Assembly (NCBI GenBank): GCA_045651785.1
Contig: JAZRTE010000049.1
Coordinates: 1 to 52,751, forward strand
Origin: Eubacteriales bacterium
Lineage (GTDB): Bacteria; Bacillota; Clostridia; Oscillospirales; CAG-382
Length of the DNA stretch: 52,751 nucleotides
Direction of reading: 5' to 3'
How positions within the stretch are numbered: position 1 is the first letter of the stretch; each line of letters begins with the position of its first letter. Of the stretch, positions 10,701-19,487 are shown piece by piece. Under the pieces are notes generated by a model, which saw only the letters and a list, made by a program, of their open reading frames with translations, was not told the origin of the DNA and made no database searches. Both the position numbers and the translations under genes were made by a program.

Positions 10701-11449
10701 TCGATACCCTTCTTTTCCTCGCTTAAAACAAGATATTGCTTTGCGTTTTCGGCTTCCTTTGCAAGCGGACCGATACGCGAGGAAATTTCCGAAAGGATGT
10801 CGTTAACACGGACAAGGTTGTTTTCGGTATCGCGCAATTTACGCTCTGCCTCGAGCTTTTTATAGCGAATCTTTGAAATTCCCGCCGCTTCCTCGAAGAT
10901 GCTGCGGCGTTCATCGTCCTTTTGCGAAAGAACCTCGGCAATTTTACCCTGACCGATAACCGAATAGCCCTCTCTGCCGATACCCGTATCATAAAAAAGC
11001 TCATAGATATCCTTAAGACGAACCTGTTTTTTGTTTATGTAATATTCACTTTCACCGCTTCGGTAAAGCTTTCTCGTTACCGAAACCTCGGCGTTGTCAG
11101 AAAGGCGGTAAGCACCGCTTTTTGCGGAATCCTCGCCCAATTCTTCTTCATTTTCTATGGTGATGTGGTTAGCGCGGTTATATTCCTCCTCGGTATCGAT
11201 AATGAGCGTTACCGCCGAGCAGTTTGCCGCCGCGCGCGACGCTGTGCCGTTGAAAATAACGTCCTCCATACGGCTGCCGCGCAACGATTTTGCGCTCATT
11301 TCGCCCAAAACCCAACGTATTGCATCGGAAATGTTCGATTTACCGCTGCCGTTAGGACCGATTATTGCCGTAACGCCGCTATCGAAGCTTATTCGGGTTT
11401 TGTCGGGAAATGACTTAAAACCGTGCATCTCTATTGCTTTAAGGCGCAT
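7796..11449 (-). CDS. smc: Chromosome segregation protein SMC
   Basis: GFKSF, Walker A GPNGSGKSN, long coiled coils, hinge (GRATFLPL, GGSYTGG), LSGGE signature, DEIESALD. Confidence 0.98.
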   Translation of the reverse strand: MRLKAIEMHGFKSFPDKTRISFDSGVTAIIGPNGSGKSNISDAIRWVLGEMSAKSLRGSRMEDVIFNGTASRAAANCSAVTLIIDTEEEYNRANHITIENEEELGEDSAKSGAYRLSDNAEVSVTRKLYRSGESEYYINKKQVRLKDIYELFYDTGIGREGYSVIGQGKIAEVLSQKDDERRSIFEEAAGISKIRYKKLEAERKLRDTENNLVRVNDILSEISSRIGPLAKEAENAKQYLVLSEEKKGIEITLWLDRLDHLRKRRVECETDFANAKIALDTAEREAASCDEATDRILNETYEFSRIMSECEREKTEAVHKKGEAEGKKAVCTNDIAHAEESAGEAKTTVAVANEELAEVEKNTAECIAAKELLEEKTASMSEAAAKAESDYEQARNASIAADKESEAASARLSILTVDQSKLTALEAARSASLEAERRNADETAILLTAALGRKNELLAELDEAERALAEINKAINDTENKIVSLDYERASKLQSLRAAGDEITAEKIAVSGEEQRRDQLIRLENLLEGYSESVKRVINDCTSGEIKNNGQKIGLYGTVSNIISSENEHIIALETALAASVQFIVVEKESDAKACIRYLKENKLGRATFLPLESVNGKKCDVSAIKDMKGYIGIASELAKYDKKFEGVVNDLLGRTVVADNIDSASAIARQSGFKIKTVTLDGQIINAGGSYTGGSSAVKVGVFTRAMDIERLGESIKSREEKIKALELKREKINEECSEADGALEALRVSLSASNSNKASKVAISDSLKQRIDEEDARIASLSSGGEMLKKLEEELQSILAESAELNNAIVAATSARESARLNAEALKKAEETAFAAVSEARMSLFTAKNEVSVANERLALSERRETELKARITLASTAIEKSEAVIKECVAEIERLNAECLECDTVIAGCEKRLNDLISGREEKEKQLNEMRAKQKTVSAAKEEAFRNVTEAEMKCNSVNTEFDTVTGKLWDEYELTYSDAEKFRLPKESMDKGATRLASLKAKIRAMGTINVNAVEEYRVTKERYDFLTTQTEDLNKTRASLDRTIAKLASGMKETFLECFEKINAEFNAVFTELFGGGSARAELTDPMLPLECGIDIVLKVPGKSVRSISLLSGGEQSFAAISLYLALQRVNPSPFCVFDEIESALDDVNIVKLASYVRRNSDKTQYILITHRRGTMERADTIYGITMRQKGISDFMKLNMAKLDDIIKEYAE

Positions 11450-11452
11450 TTT

Positions 11453-12460
11453 TTACACACTCCTTGTTTTTGTTTCGGGTTCAAACTGTGCCGAATCGGT
11501 TGGATAAATTTCCACGCCGACAGCGCCCGTTTGATTTTTTATCCGATCAATTGCGTATCCTTTATGTCCCGTAAGCATCGAAAAATCGTTTTTTCGGATG
11601 CCCACCTCAAGTATTTTGCCGCGGCAATCGCCCGCTTTTTCGCTGATGATTTCGGTATAAACACAGCTTTTTACCAATTCGCCTATCGACGGATGGTTTG
11701 CGCCGTAACGCGCGTTTTTTAAATTCTCCGAGGCATGAAGACCGATACGCAAGACCTTTACGCCAGAATCGAGAAATATTTTATAGCATTTTGCGGTACG
11801 CTCAACCGCACTTTCAAGTGTAAGCGGTTTATATTCACCGTTTTCAGTCATATCGCAAAGTCCGGTATTCTCAAACACGACGGTTGGATATATCCTTGCT
11901 TCCGAAGCACCCATTTTAACGATATCCCTTGCGGTCTGCAGTTCGTCCTCAAGCGTTGAATCGGGCAATCCGATCATCATCTGTCCGCCGAAAACGAATC
12001 CGTTTTCGGTAATCAGCTTTGCCGACTCAAACGAATGGAGCGCGTTATGACCTCTGCTTGATGCATCAAGCACCTTATCCGACGTGCTTTGAACGCCAAG
12101 CTCGATGTTTTTAACGCGGTATTTGGCAAGGATATTTAAAATTTCCTCGTTAATGCAATCGGGTCTTGTTGAGATACGAATGCTTTCGGCAACGCCTTTA
12201 TCTATGTATTCGTTTGCGACCGAAAGAAGCGTTTCCATACGTTTTCTTTCTATTGCCGTAAAGCTTCCGCCGAAAAAGGCGATTTGGCTTTCCTTGAAAT
12301 TTCCCGATTCGTTTTCGAGCATTAAACGAAGCTCGGCGGTTTCTTCCTCCAAGCCTTTATCGCTGTCAACGCCGGTTATTTTCGTTTGCGAGCAAAAGAC
12401 ACAGCAATTCGGGCATCCCGCATGGGGCACGAAAAAGGAAAAGTTACGATGGGTCTTCAT
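11453..12460 (-). CDS. Elp3/YhcC-like radical SAM protein
   Basis: CPNCCVFC cluster motif, FFGGSFT, ISTRPD, IELGVQS. This is the conserved rnc-smc neighbour in Clostridia. Start moved to ATG 12460 (MKTHRNFS). Confidence 0.88.
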   Translation of the reverse strand: MKTHRNFSFFVPHAGCPNCCVFCSQTKITGVDSDKGLEEETAELRLMLENESGNFKESQIAFFGGSFTAIERKRMETLLSVANEYIDKGVAESIRISTRPDCINEEILNILAKYRVKNIELGVQSTSDKVLDASSRGHNALHSFESAKLITENGFVFGGQMMIGLPDSTLEDELQTARDIVKMGASEARIYPTVVFENTGLCDMTENGEYKPLTLESAVERTAKCYKIFLDSGVKVLRIGLHASENLKNARYGANHPSIGELVKSCVYTEIISEKAGDCRGKILEVGIRKNDFSMLTGHKGYAIDRIKNQTGAVGVEIYPTDSAQFEPETKTRSV

Positions 12461-13163
12461 CCAATTCACCGAGAAGTATAAGCGCTTCGTGCGCGGCGGC
12501 TTGCTCCGCCTCACGCTTCGAGCGACCGCTTCCCTTTCCGAGCAGGTTGGAGTTCAGATATACCTCATAATAGAAAACTCTGTCGTGGGGAGGACCCTCC
12601 TCGCGCACGAGAGAATAGGAAAGAACCTCCTCGGGCGTTTGCTGAACGATCCTTTGCAGACGGGATTTGTAATCCTCTGTACCCGTTTTGATTACCGTTT
12701 CAAGCATTTTCGCAATGAACGGAAGCACGAATTTTTTCGCGTTTTCCATACCGCCGTCCAAATATATTGCGGCAATAAGCGCCTCGAATGCATCCGAAAC
12801 GGTGCTTTTTCTGTGACGTCCGCCGCTTGCAAGAGCTTCACCCTTGCCGAAAAGCATATAATCGCCAAGCTCAAGACTGTTTGCGAACACCGCCAGAGTA
12901 TCCTCACACACAAGCGCCGCGCGCGTGCGCGTTAAGAATCCCTCATCCGCTTCGGGAAAGCGGTGATAAAGGAATTCGGCGGTAATTATCGAAAGGATCG
13001 AGTCGCCCAAAAATTCGCTTCGCTCGTTACTTACCGAAAAGCCCCTTTTGCGGTTTTCGTTGCAATAGGAAGAATGAGTCAATGCTACTGTAAGAAGCGA
13101 TTTATCCTTAAACCCGTAATCTATTGCTTTTTCAAGAACGGAAAAATCCTTTTCTTCACTCAT
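12444..13163 (-). CDS. rnc: Ribonuclease III
   Basis: ALTHSS, NERSEFLGDS, DAFEALIAAIYLD, C-terminal dsRBD (KREAEQAAA). Confidence 0.97.
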   Translation of the reverse strand: MSEEKDFSVLEKAIDYGFKDKSLLTVALTHSSYCNENRKRGFSVSNERSEFLGDSILSIITAEFLYHRFPEADEGFLTRTRAALVCEDTLAVFANSLELGDYMLFGKGEALASGGRHRKSTVSDAFEALIAAIYLDGGMENAKKFVLPFIAKMLETVIKTGTEDYKSRLQRIVQQTPEEVLSYSLVREEGPPHDRVFYYEVYLNSNLLGKGSGRSKREAEQAAAHEALILLGELDEDPS

Positions 13164-14181
13164 TGGGGGTCTCCTCCGAAACGCTTTCGGTCTTTTTTGC
13201 GATATTTGCGGATATTTTTTCGATAGTTTCGTTCTTGCAATACAACAAAACCTGCTTTATTGCCGAACGGAAGGAATAGGCATCCGAGCTGCCGTGCGCT
13301 TTAACGACGGGCTTTGCCAATCCCAAAAAGGGCGCTCCGCCGTATTCCGACGGGTCAAGGCGCTTCTTTAAGCGCTTTGTATGCTTCAAGGTCATCGCAC
13401 CCGCAATCGTCGCAACCGTCGATGCGTGGAAAAGATCCTTTAAGGTTTTCGACATAAACTTTGCCATACCCTCGATGAGCTTCAGAGTGATATTGCCCGT
13501 AAAGCCGTCGCAAACCAAAACGTCACAGCATCCGAACGGAATCGCCTTGCCTTCGCAGTTGCCGACGAAATTGATCGTTTCGTCCTTCGACAAAAGCGCG
13601 TGCGCATCGACGTAAAGCTGGGTACCCTTATGCGGTTCGGTGCCGTTGTTCAAAAGACCGACACGCGGACGCTCGACTCCGAGCACGTTTTCGGCATATA
13701 TCGAGCCCATACGTGCGTAAAGGTCCAAAACCTCGGGCGTTGCATCAAGATTTGCGCCGCAATCAAGAAGCACGAAGGGTGTTTCCAAAGGGAGCACCGA
13801 GCCGAGCGCGGCGCGGCGTACGCCCTTAATACGGCGAATTATCAACGATGCGGCGGTGAAAAGCGCGCCCGTGTTGCCTGCGCTTACAACCGCATCGGCA
13901 ATTCCGTCCTTACAAAGCTTGCAGGCGATGACAAGCGAGGAATCGCTTTTTTCCTTCATCACCTTGCCGGGATCGTCGGTCATATAGACGACGCTTTCGG
14001 CAACTTGAGTCGTTACGTTTTCAGGCAATTGAGGAAGTGCGTTTATCGCCTCCTCTGTGCCGACGAGGATAATATTCAAGCCTTCGCCCGTAAATTCGTT
14101 TGCGGCGTCTATCGCGCCCTTTGCAAGCTCGCTTGCGGGGTTATCCCCGCCCATTATATCAACTGCTACGGTTATTTTCAT
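13156..14181 (-). CDS. plsX: Phosphate acyltransferase PlsX
   Basis: VDIMGGDN, SAGNTGA, LDCGAN, VCDGFTGN, KAHGSS. Confidence 0.97.
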   Translation of the reverse strand: MKITVAVDIMGGDNPASELAKGAIDAANEFTGEGLNIILVGTEEAINALPQLPENVTTQVAESVVYMTDDPGKVMKEKSDSSLVIACKLCKDGIADAVVSAGNTGALFTAASLIIRRIKGVRRAALGSVLPLETPFVLLDCGANLDATPEVLDLYARMGSIYAENVLGVERPRVGLLNNGTEPHKGTQLYVDAHALLSKDETINFVGNCEGKAIPFGCCDVLVCDGFTGNITLKLIEGMAKFMSKTLKDLFHASTVATIAGAMTLKHTKRLKKRLDPSEYGGAPFLGLAKPVVKAHGSSDAYSFRSAIKQVLLYCKNETIEKISANIAKKTESVSEETPNE

Positions 14182-14210
14182 TTTACCTTAGCTCCATTTT
14201 TTAAATCTAA

Positions 14211-16448
14211 TTATTTGCCTTCGCTCCAGCCGCAATTGTTTTTGCAGTAATAAAATTCGCGGTTCTTTTTCTTCAAAACGGGAGCTGAGCATTGAGGACA
14301 GCGGCGCTCGGTGGGGAGATCCCACGAAGAAAATCCGCAATTGGGGTAATCCTCGCAAGCATAATATACCTTGCGGCTCTTGGTCTGCTTTACCATTACC
14401 CTCTTGCCGCATTCGGGGCAAGCTATACCGCTGTCGCGGCGGTAGGGAATAGCCGTTTTGCATTCGGGATAGTTGCGGCAGGCGAAGAAGTTGCCGTGAG
14501 GACCCTTACGGAGAAGCATATCGTTGCCGCAGTTGGGACATTTTTCGTCCGCAATAACCTCGGCCTGCTGCTTTTCATCCTCTTCTTCCTTTTCGGGTTC
14601 GGCACCCAATCGCTTGGTGTTTTTACATTTCGGATAATTGGGACAAGCGGCAAATTTGCCGTACTTGCCGGTTCTTTCAACCATAACCGCACCGCACTTT
14701 TCACAGATCAAGCCGGTTTCGACCTTGGGAAGCTCTACACGCTCGCTTCCGAGCGTTTTTTCGGCATCCTCAAGCTGTGCGCTGAAGTGGCGGTAGAATT
14801 CACGGAGCACCTCGATATATTCGCTCGCGCCCTCTTCGATCTTATCCAGATCCTCCTCCATTTCGGCGGTGAACTTATAGTCCACGATATGCGAAAACGA
14901 TTTTTTCATCGTTTCGGTAGTGATAACACCCAATTCGGTGGGAATAAGAGTCTTACCGTCGCGGCGGATATATCCGCGCGAGATTATCGTCGTAATGGTT
15001 GCGGTATAGGTCGACGGTCTGCCGATGCCCATATCCTCAAGCGCCTTACTGAGTGAGCCTTCGGTGAAGCGCAACGGCGGTTGAGTGAATTTTTGCTCCG
15101 GCTCGATGGTTTTTGAAACGAGCTTATCGCCCTCGTTAAGCTCAGGAAGAGTCGTAGAGCCTTCTTCATCGGGATTTTCATCGCCTATATCGCCGTAAAC
15201 TGCGGCAAAACCGCGGAATTTAACCGTATGACCGTTTGCGCGGAATATGCAACCGCCCGCAATGATATCGGCAGTAACGGTATCCAAAAGCTCGGGTGCC
15301 ATTTGCGATGCGATGAAGCGATCCCAGATGAGCTTATAAAGCTTATACTGATCGTTGGTTATCTTACCGCGCAAGGCTTCGGGCGTTATCGAGGGATCGG
15401 TGGGACGGATCGCCTCGTGCGCGTCCTGCGCGTTCTTTTTGAGCTTGTATTTATTGGGAGTAGCCGGATAATATTCTGCTCCGTAATTGCTAATGATGAC
15501 CGACTTTGCCGCTTCGCGCGCTTCGTCGGAAATGCGTATCGAGTCGGTACGCATATAGGTGATAAGACCGTGAGTGCTCTTTTCGCCGATGTTAACGCCC
15601 TCGTAAAGCTCCTGAGCGATAAGCATCGTCTTTTGCGATTGGAAGGAAAGCTTGCGGTTCGCATCCTGAAGCAGAGTAGAGGTGATAAACGGAGGCGCGG
15701 GACGGCGCTGCTTTACTGCACGCTTGACCGATTCCACCGCAAAATCGCCGTCTTCAATTGCAGAAAGCACGGCTTTGACCTCGGATTCGTTAGCAAGCTC
15801 CTGCTTCTTTCCGTCGCGGCCGTAATATTTTGCCTTGAACACCTCGCCGTCCTTGGTGACGAGCATTACGGTGATCACCCAATATTCATCGGGGACAAAG
15901 GCCTGTATCTCCTGCTCACGTTCAACAACTATCCTTGTTGCGACCGATTGAACTCGTCCTGCGGAAAGACCGTTTTTAATATGCTTCCAAAGGAAGGGGC
16001 TGATCTTATAGCCGACAAGACGGTCAAGAATTCTTCGCGTTTGTTGGCTGTTGACTAAATTCATATCGATATCGCGAGGATGCTTAATTGCTTCCTTGAC
16101 GGTATTTTTGGTAATTTCATTGAACGTGATACGCTTTGTCTTTGCGGGATCAAGCGCGAGCACGTTCGCAAGATGCCAGCTTATCGCTTCGCCCTCACGA
16201 TCAGGGTCGGCCGCAAGGAATACGCGGTCAGCCGCCTTTGCTTCCTTACGAAGCTCGTTGATAAGATCGCCCTTGCCGCGAATGTTGATATATTGCGGTT
16301 CAAAATCGTTCTCGATATCTATACCGAGCTTACTTTTGGGAAGGTCGCGAACGTGTCCCTTGGACGACTTGACCTTATAGCCCTTGCCGAGAAAGCCCTT
16401 GATTGTATTCGCCTTGTGAGGCGATTCGACGATTACGAGTGTGTTCAT
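14211..16448 (-). CDS. topA: Type I DNA topoisomerase
   Basis: LVIVESP, ADPDREGEAI, SAGRVQS, ITYMRTDS, GRPSTY, C-terminal C4 zinc ribbons. AGGAGA RBS lies 6 nt before ATG 16448. Confidence 0.98.
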   Translation of the reverse strand: MNTLVIVESPHKANTIKGFLGKGYKVKSSKGHVRDLPKSKLGIDIENDFEPQYINIRGKGDLINELRKEAKAADRVFLAADPDREGEAISWHLANVLALDPAKTKRITFNEITKNTVKEAIKHPRDIDMNLVNSQQTRRILDRLVGYKISPFLWKHIKNGLSAGRVQSVATRIVVEREQEIQAFVPDEYWVITVMLVTKDGEVFKAKYYGRDGKKQELANESEVKAVLSAIEDGDFAVESVKRAVKQRRPAPPFITSTLLQDANRKLSFQSQKTMLIAQELYEGVNIGEKSTHGLITYMRTDSIRISDEAREAAKSVIISNYGAEYYPATPNKYKLKKNAQDAHEAIRPTDPSITPEALRGKITNDQYKLYKLIWDRFIASQMAPELLDTVTADIIAGGCIFRANGHTVKFRGFAAVYGDIGDENPDEEGSTTLPELNEGDKLVSKTIEPEQKFTQPPLRFTEGSLSKALEDMGIGRPSTYTATITTIISRGYIRRDGKTLIPTELGVITTETMKKSFSHIVDYKFTAEMEEDLDKIEEGASEYIEVLREFYRHFSAQLEDAEKTLGSERVELPKVETGLICEKCGAVMVERTGKYGKFAACPNYPKCKNTKRLGAEPEKEEEDEKQQAEVIADEKCPNCGNDMLLRKGPHGNFFACRNYPECKTAIPYRRDSGIACPECGKRVMVKQTKSRKVYYACEDYPNCGFSSWDLPTERRCPQCSAPVLKKKNREFYYCKNNCGWSEGK

Positions 16449-16519
16449 CAAATTTCTCCTTGAGTAGGTTTCGCGTTGAATTGAATATGTTTTGTGTTAA
16501 TATGTGATCAAGTGTTATT

Positions 16520-17752
16520 TCAAAATTTAGAGGATATGAATCTGCCGCCCGGACAGGAGATTATGCTTCCGTCGATCTCCATAAAGGTCAGTTCGGTCAT
16601 TACGTCGGAAATGTTGCTTCCGAGCTTCGCCGCTATTTCGTCGGCAGTTATCGGCTTTGCGCCCTTCAAGACCGTCATTATCGCCTTGGAGAGATCGCCG
16701 GAAAAGGTTTTTTGTTCCGTCATCTGCTCGGAAGCAGACGTTTGAACGTCCGCCTCGGGCTTGCGGATCTCGGCGACCCTTTCGGGTACCTTTGCTCGCT
16801 TTGCGGATTCCTTTTTACCGACAGGCGCGTTGCCGTAGGAATTTAATCTTTCGGTCGTTGACGGCTTATAGATCTTCAGCTTGTCGGGATGATTTATCAT
16901 AAGCTTGCCCAAAACGTCCATAGGCTCGGTCACGGCGGGTGTGCCGTTTTTGATAAGCCGATTCGTGCCCGCGTTTTCGGTGCCCAGCGCACCGGGTATT
17001 GCAAAAACCGTTCTGCCCTGAGTGGTTGCGTGACGGGCGGTTATCAGCGCGCCGCTCGTTTCGCCTGCTTCGGCGATCACCACTGCGTCGGATATGCCGC
17101 TGATTATTCGGTTACGGTTCGGAAAATCAGCTCTTGTGCGCGGTGCACCGGGATAAAGCTCGCTCATTACGAGTCCGCGCTTATAAAGTGTTTCAAACGC
17201 TTTAACGTTTTCCTTAGGGTAAATATCGCCTATTGGGTTGCCCAATACGGCAACTGTATAACCGTCTGCCATAATCGCACCGCGGTGTACGGCGGTATCG
17301 ATACCCTTTGCGAGTCCGCTTACCACGCATGCCCCGCTTTTCGCAAAATTATAGGCAAACATTTCGGCAGTTTGCTTGCCGCTGTCGGTCATATTTCTCG
17401 TTCCGACGACAGCAATGCAGGCAAGCTTGTTCAGGTCGCGCATATCTCCTATCGAATAAAGTGCGACGGGCGGCATTTCGATGCCGCGCAATCCTTCGGG
17501 ATAAAGCTCATCGTAATAACCCGTGACCCTAACACCGAGAGCTTCGCATCGCTTAAGCACCTCAAAGGCAGATGAATTATCCTTATTTTCGAGCCGTTTG
17601 ATATATTTCGCCTTTGATTCGCCCAAAAACGAAAAATCCTCACAGTTGTAAATATCCTCGATGCTCGGAAATTCGGCGAAGATTTTGCTCACAAGACGGC
17701 TGTAAAGCCCAACCGCTTGCTGCAGCCAGATATAAAGCAATTCCTTTTTCAT
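16520..17752 (-). CDS. dprA: DNA-processing protein DprA (Smf)
   Basis: AVVGTR, VSGLAKGID, FPNRNRIISG, SGALITA, C-terminal winged helix. ATG 17752 overlaps the upstream stop (TAATG). Confidence 0.95.
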   Translation of the reverse strand: MKKELLYIWLQQAVGLYSRLVSKIFAEFPSIEDIYNCEDFSFLGESKAKYIKRLENKDNSSAFEVLKRCEALGVRVTGYYDELYPEGLRGIEMPPVALYSIGDMRDLNKLACIAVVGTRNMTDSGKQTAEMFAYNFAKSGACVVSGLAKGIDTAVHRGAIMADGYTVAVLGNPIGDIYPKENVKAFETLYKRGLVMSELYPGAPRTRADFPNRNRIISGISDAVVIAEAGETSGALITARHATTQGRTVFAIPGALGTENAGTNRLIKNGTPAVTEPMDVLGKLMINHPDKLKIYKPSTTERLNSYGNAPVGKKESAKRAKVPERVAEIRKPEADVQTSASEQMTEQKTFSGDLSKAIMTVLKGAKPITADEIAAKLGSNISDVMTELTFMEIDGSIISCPGGRFISSKF

Positions 17753-18561
17753 TACATTCTCCCGCGCTTGGCTTCCCAAAGGCATATTGCCGAGGCGACC
17801 GCCGCGTTAAGGCTTTCGGTCTTGCCCGACATAGGAATGATGGCAGTCATGCTACACGCACCGATGACCGCGTCGGATAATCCTTTGCCCTCGTTACCTA
17901 CGGCAAAAATATCGTTTCGGTCAATTTCAAATTCGCCCAAGGTATACGCGTTATCGGTCAGCGCCGTCGCGATAACGCGGCGGTCTTGATCCTTTAAAGC
18001 TTCGATCGCTTCAACCGTATTCGGGCAAACGAAAATCTCGCCCGTGAACAGCGCACCCATTGTTGCGCGGACGGTCTTGGGCGAAAAAACGTCGGCACAG
18101 CTGCCGCAAAGCAGAACCTTACAGTCAAGCGCAGTCGCGGTTCTGATAACCGTACCTACGTTGCCGTTATCCTGAAGATCGACAAGCATTATCGCATTGC
18201 CGCTTATCTTTTGCGAAAGCTCGGAATATCCGATTTCGCTTCCCGCGAAGGCAACGCTTTTTAAATATTCGGCAACCGTAAAAATACCCTGCGGTGCTTT
18301 TTCCTCGGTAAGCTTTTCATAAACCGGAGCGGTCACCTCAAATACCTCACAGCCTGCGCCGGCGATCAGCTCGGCATATTTGCTCATGGCATCCTCGCGC
18401 ACGAAGAGCATTTTAGGTGTGTTGCCCGCTTTAAGAAATTCCTCCAAAAGATGCACGCCTTCAAAATAAAAAAGGCGTGTTTTTTCCCTTTCGCGCTTAT
18501 CGCGCAACGCGGTAACGTTCTTTACGGTCGGGTTGTTTCTCGATTCTATTCTTTTAACCAT
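17752..18561 (-). CDS. TrmH/SpoU family RNA methyltransferase
   Basis: IESRNN, EGVHL, PQGI, QDNGNVGTVIRT, GNEGKGL, ESLNAAVA; ATG 18561. Confidence 0.93.
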   Translation of the reverse strand: MVKRIESRNNPTVKNVTALRDKREREKTRLFYFEGVHLLEEFLKAGNTPKMLFVREDAMSKYAELIAGAGCEVFEVTAPVYEKLTEEKAPQGIFTVAEYLKSVAFAGSEIGYSELSQKISGNAIMLVDLQDNGNVGTVIRTATALDCKVLLCGSCADVFSPKTVRATMGALFTGEIFVCPNTVEAIEALKDQDRRVIATALTDNAYTLGEFEIDRNDIFAVGNEGKGLSDAVIGACSMTAIIPMSGKTESLNAAVASAICLWEAKRGRM

Positions 18562-18571
18562 ACTTTTTCCC

Positions 18572-18617
18572 AAAAAAAGAAAGCATACTATTATATTATA
18601 TAATAATAGTACGCTTT
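18572..18617 (-). terminator. Intrinsic terminator after prmC (15-bp stem with one G-U pair, 8-nt loop, U7 tail)
   Basis: Inverted repeat 18580-18594 / 18603-18617, followed on the minus strand by CUUUUUUU. Confidence 0.6.
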
Positions 18618-18631
18618 TTAAATATTGTCAA
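18603..18631 (-). promoter_or_regulatory. Sigma-A-type promoter for the trmH-dprA-topA string
   Basis: Minus strand TTGACA (18631-18626), 17 nt, TATTAT (18608-18603). Confidence 0.65.
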
Positions 18632-18638
18632 TATAAAT

Positions 18639-19487
18639 TTAACATTTTTTTGCAAGCAATATTCTGTCGATTTTCGAGTAATCGCGCAGTACCGCCACGC
18701 TGTATCCGTTTTCTTGCAAAATACGCGAAACGTCTTCGCACTGACCGATGCCGATCTCATAGATCAAAATGCCGTCTTTTTTGAGAATATGCGGCACCAA
18801 AGCAGTCACGATGCGGTAGTATTTCAAACCGTCCTCGCCGCCGTCAAGCGCGGTGTCGGGTTCGAATCCGACCTGAGGAGAAAGCGTTTGAATATCGTCC
18901 GTAGGAATATAGGGCGGATTGCAGATGACCATATCCAAGGGACGCTCGATAATAGATGCAAGCTCGATATAATCGTCCTCGTCAAGTGCATCGAAGCGGC
19001 GAACCGAAACGTTTTTTTGATCCTCAAGATTCTTTTCGGTATAGGGCAACGCCTTTAACGAAAGCTCAAGCGCATAACCGCTGACCGTAGGCTTTTCAGC
19101 CGCAATAGCCTTTGCGATAGCACCGCTTCCGCTGCAAATATCCGCAAAAAGGTCGCCGTCCTTAAGCACGCCGAGAGCCGCCTTAACACCGATCTCAGTG
19201 TCGCTTCTCGGAATGAAAACACCGTCGCCGACGTTTATTTCATATCCGTAAAAATTGCATTTTCCAAGCACGTATTGCAAGGGCTTTCCGAGCGAAAGCT
19301 CAAACACCGCACCGCTTATAAACGGGTCGATAGAGCGTGATACGTCATCGTCGAGATGCGCCAAAAGATGACCTCTTTCAACCTTCAACGCTTCACAAAG
19401 AAGCATATCGGCAATAACGTCGCCTTCGTCGGGAGAAATCTCAAGAAGCATTTCGCGCAGCTTTGCGCGGTACTGTTTAAGCGTCAA
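18639..19487 (-). CDS. prmC: Release factor glutamine methyltransferase PrmC (HemK)
   Basis: PLQYVLG, FIPRSDTE, DICSGSGAI, NPPY, ALDGGEDGL. TTG start at 19487 follows a GGAGG RBS inside the upstream gene. Confidence 0.95.
   Translation of the reverse strand: MTLKQYRAKLREMLLEISPDEGDVIADMLLCEALKVERGHLLAHLDDDVSRSIDPFISGAVFELSLGKPLQYVLGKCNFYGYEINVGDGVFIPRSDTEIGVKAALGVLKDGDLFADICSGSGAIAKAIAAEKPTVSGYALELSLKALPYTEKNLEDQKNVSVRRFDALDEDDYIELASIIERPLDMVICNPPYIPTDDIQTLSPQVGFEPDTALDGGEDGLKYYRIVTALVPHILKKDGILIYEIGIGQCEDVSRILQENGYSVAVLRDYSKIDRILLAKKC

Noticed and set aside
14292-16058. Long plus-strand ORFs (254 and 276 aa)
   Set aside because: Antisense shadows of topA with no motifs
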